Assembly: GCF_963921235.1 (NCBI RefSeq)
Contig: NC_086097.1
Span: 19,222,001 to 19,286,000, forward strand
Source: Mobula hypostoma
Lineage: Eukaryota
Direction: 5' to 3'
Length of the DNA: 64,000 nucleotides
Shown here: in pieces, positions 63,786 through 64,000 of the stretch
How the letters are laid out: each line of letters opens with the position of its first letter
How positions within the stretch are numbered: position 1 is the first letter of the stretch
The notes under the pieces: generated by a model
Told to the model about the DNA's origin: nothing
Seen by the model: only the letters and a program-made list of their open reading frames with translations
Database searches by the model: none
Made by a program: the position numbers and the translations under genes

Positions 63786-64000
63786 TTATTGGAGAAGTGT
63801 AGGCAGCCTAAGGTACAGTGACACTGGCTTGGAGAAAGAACGTAAAGTTCATGATCAGTTTTGTTTGCTGGATGGAAATGAGCCACAAACTGAATGTCTG
63901 ATCTGCAAGATTAAAGTCTTTACTCTTTGAAGGTTGTAACACCTAATTGCTAAATATGTTTCAGCCAACCTCAAACCACTTCCAACCAGCATTAAGCCAC

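Overview
Eukaryotic, vertebrate-type DNA made up mostly of decayed, nested transposable elements. The mix of CR1 LINEs with a zinc-finger/esterase ORF1, many Rex1/Babar LINEs, Penelope-like elements (PLEs), V-SINEs, CORE-type tRNA SINEs, RTE remnants and Tc1/mariner pieces suggests a cartilaginous fish, probably a ray or skate (inference). I could not identify a host protein-coding gene. Every ORF in the track that I can recognise is a TE fragment; the rest look like incidental frames. A few minus-strand exon-like segments and one TATA/CCAAT/ETS cluster sit in the unique DNA but do not chain in phase. The notable signals are: (1) minimal type I hammerhead ribozymes in the PLE terminal repeat, with three intact cores and many decayed ones, including a 113-bp hammerhead-only insertion flanked by a 38-bp duplication; (2) a 113-bp copy of nearby unique DNA inside a CR1 with junction microhomologies; (3) ORF-less elements with LINE-like 5' ends and Rex1-type tails; (4) a mariner derivative with three TIR copies; (5) PLE fold-back palindromes and SINEs sharing one head with different tails. 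I found no convincing wholly new system. All family calls are by-eye motif recognition without database searches, and decayed boundaries are approximate.
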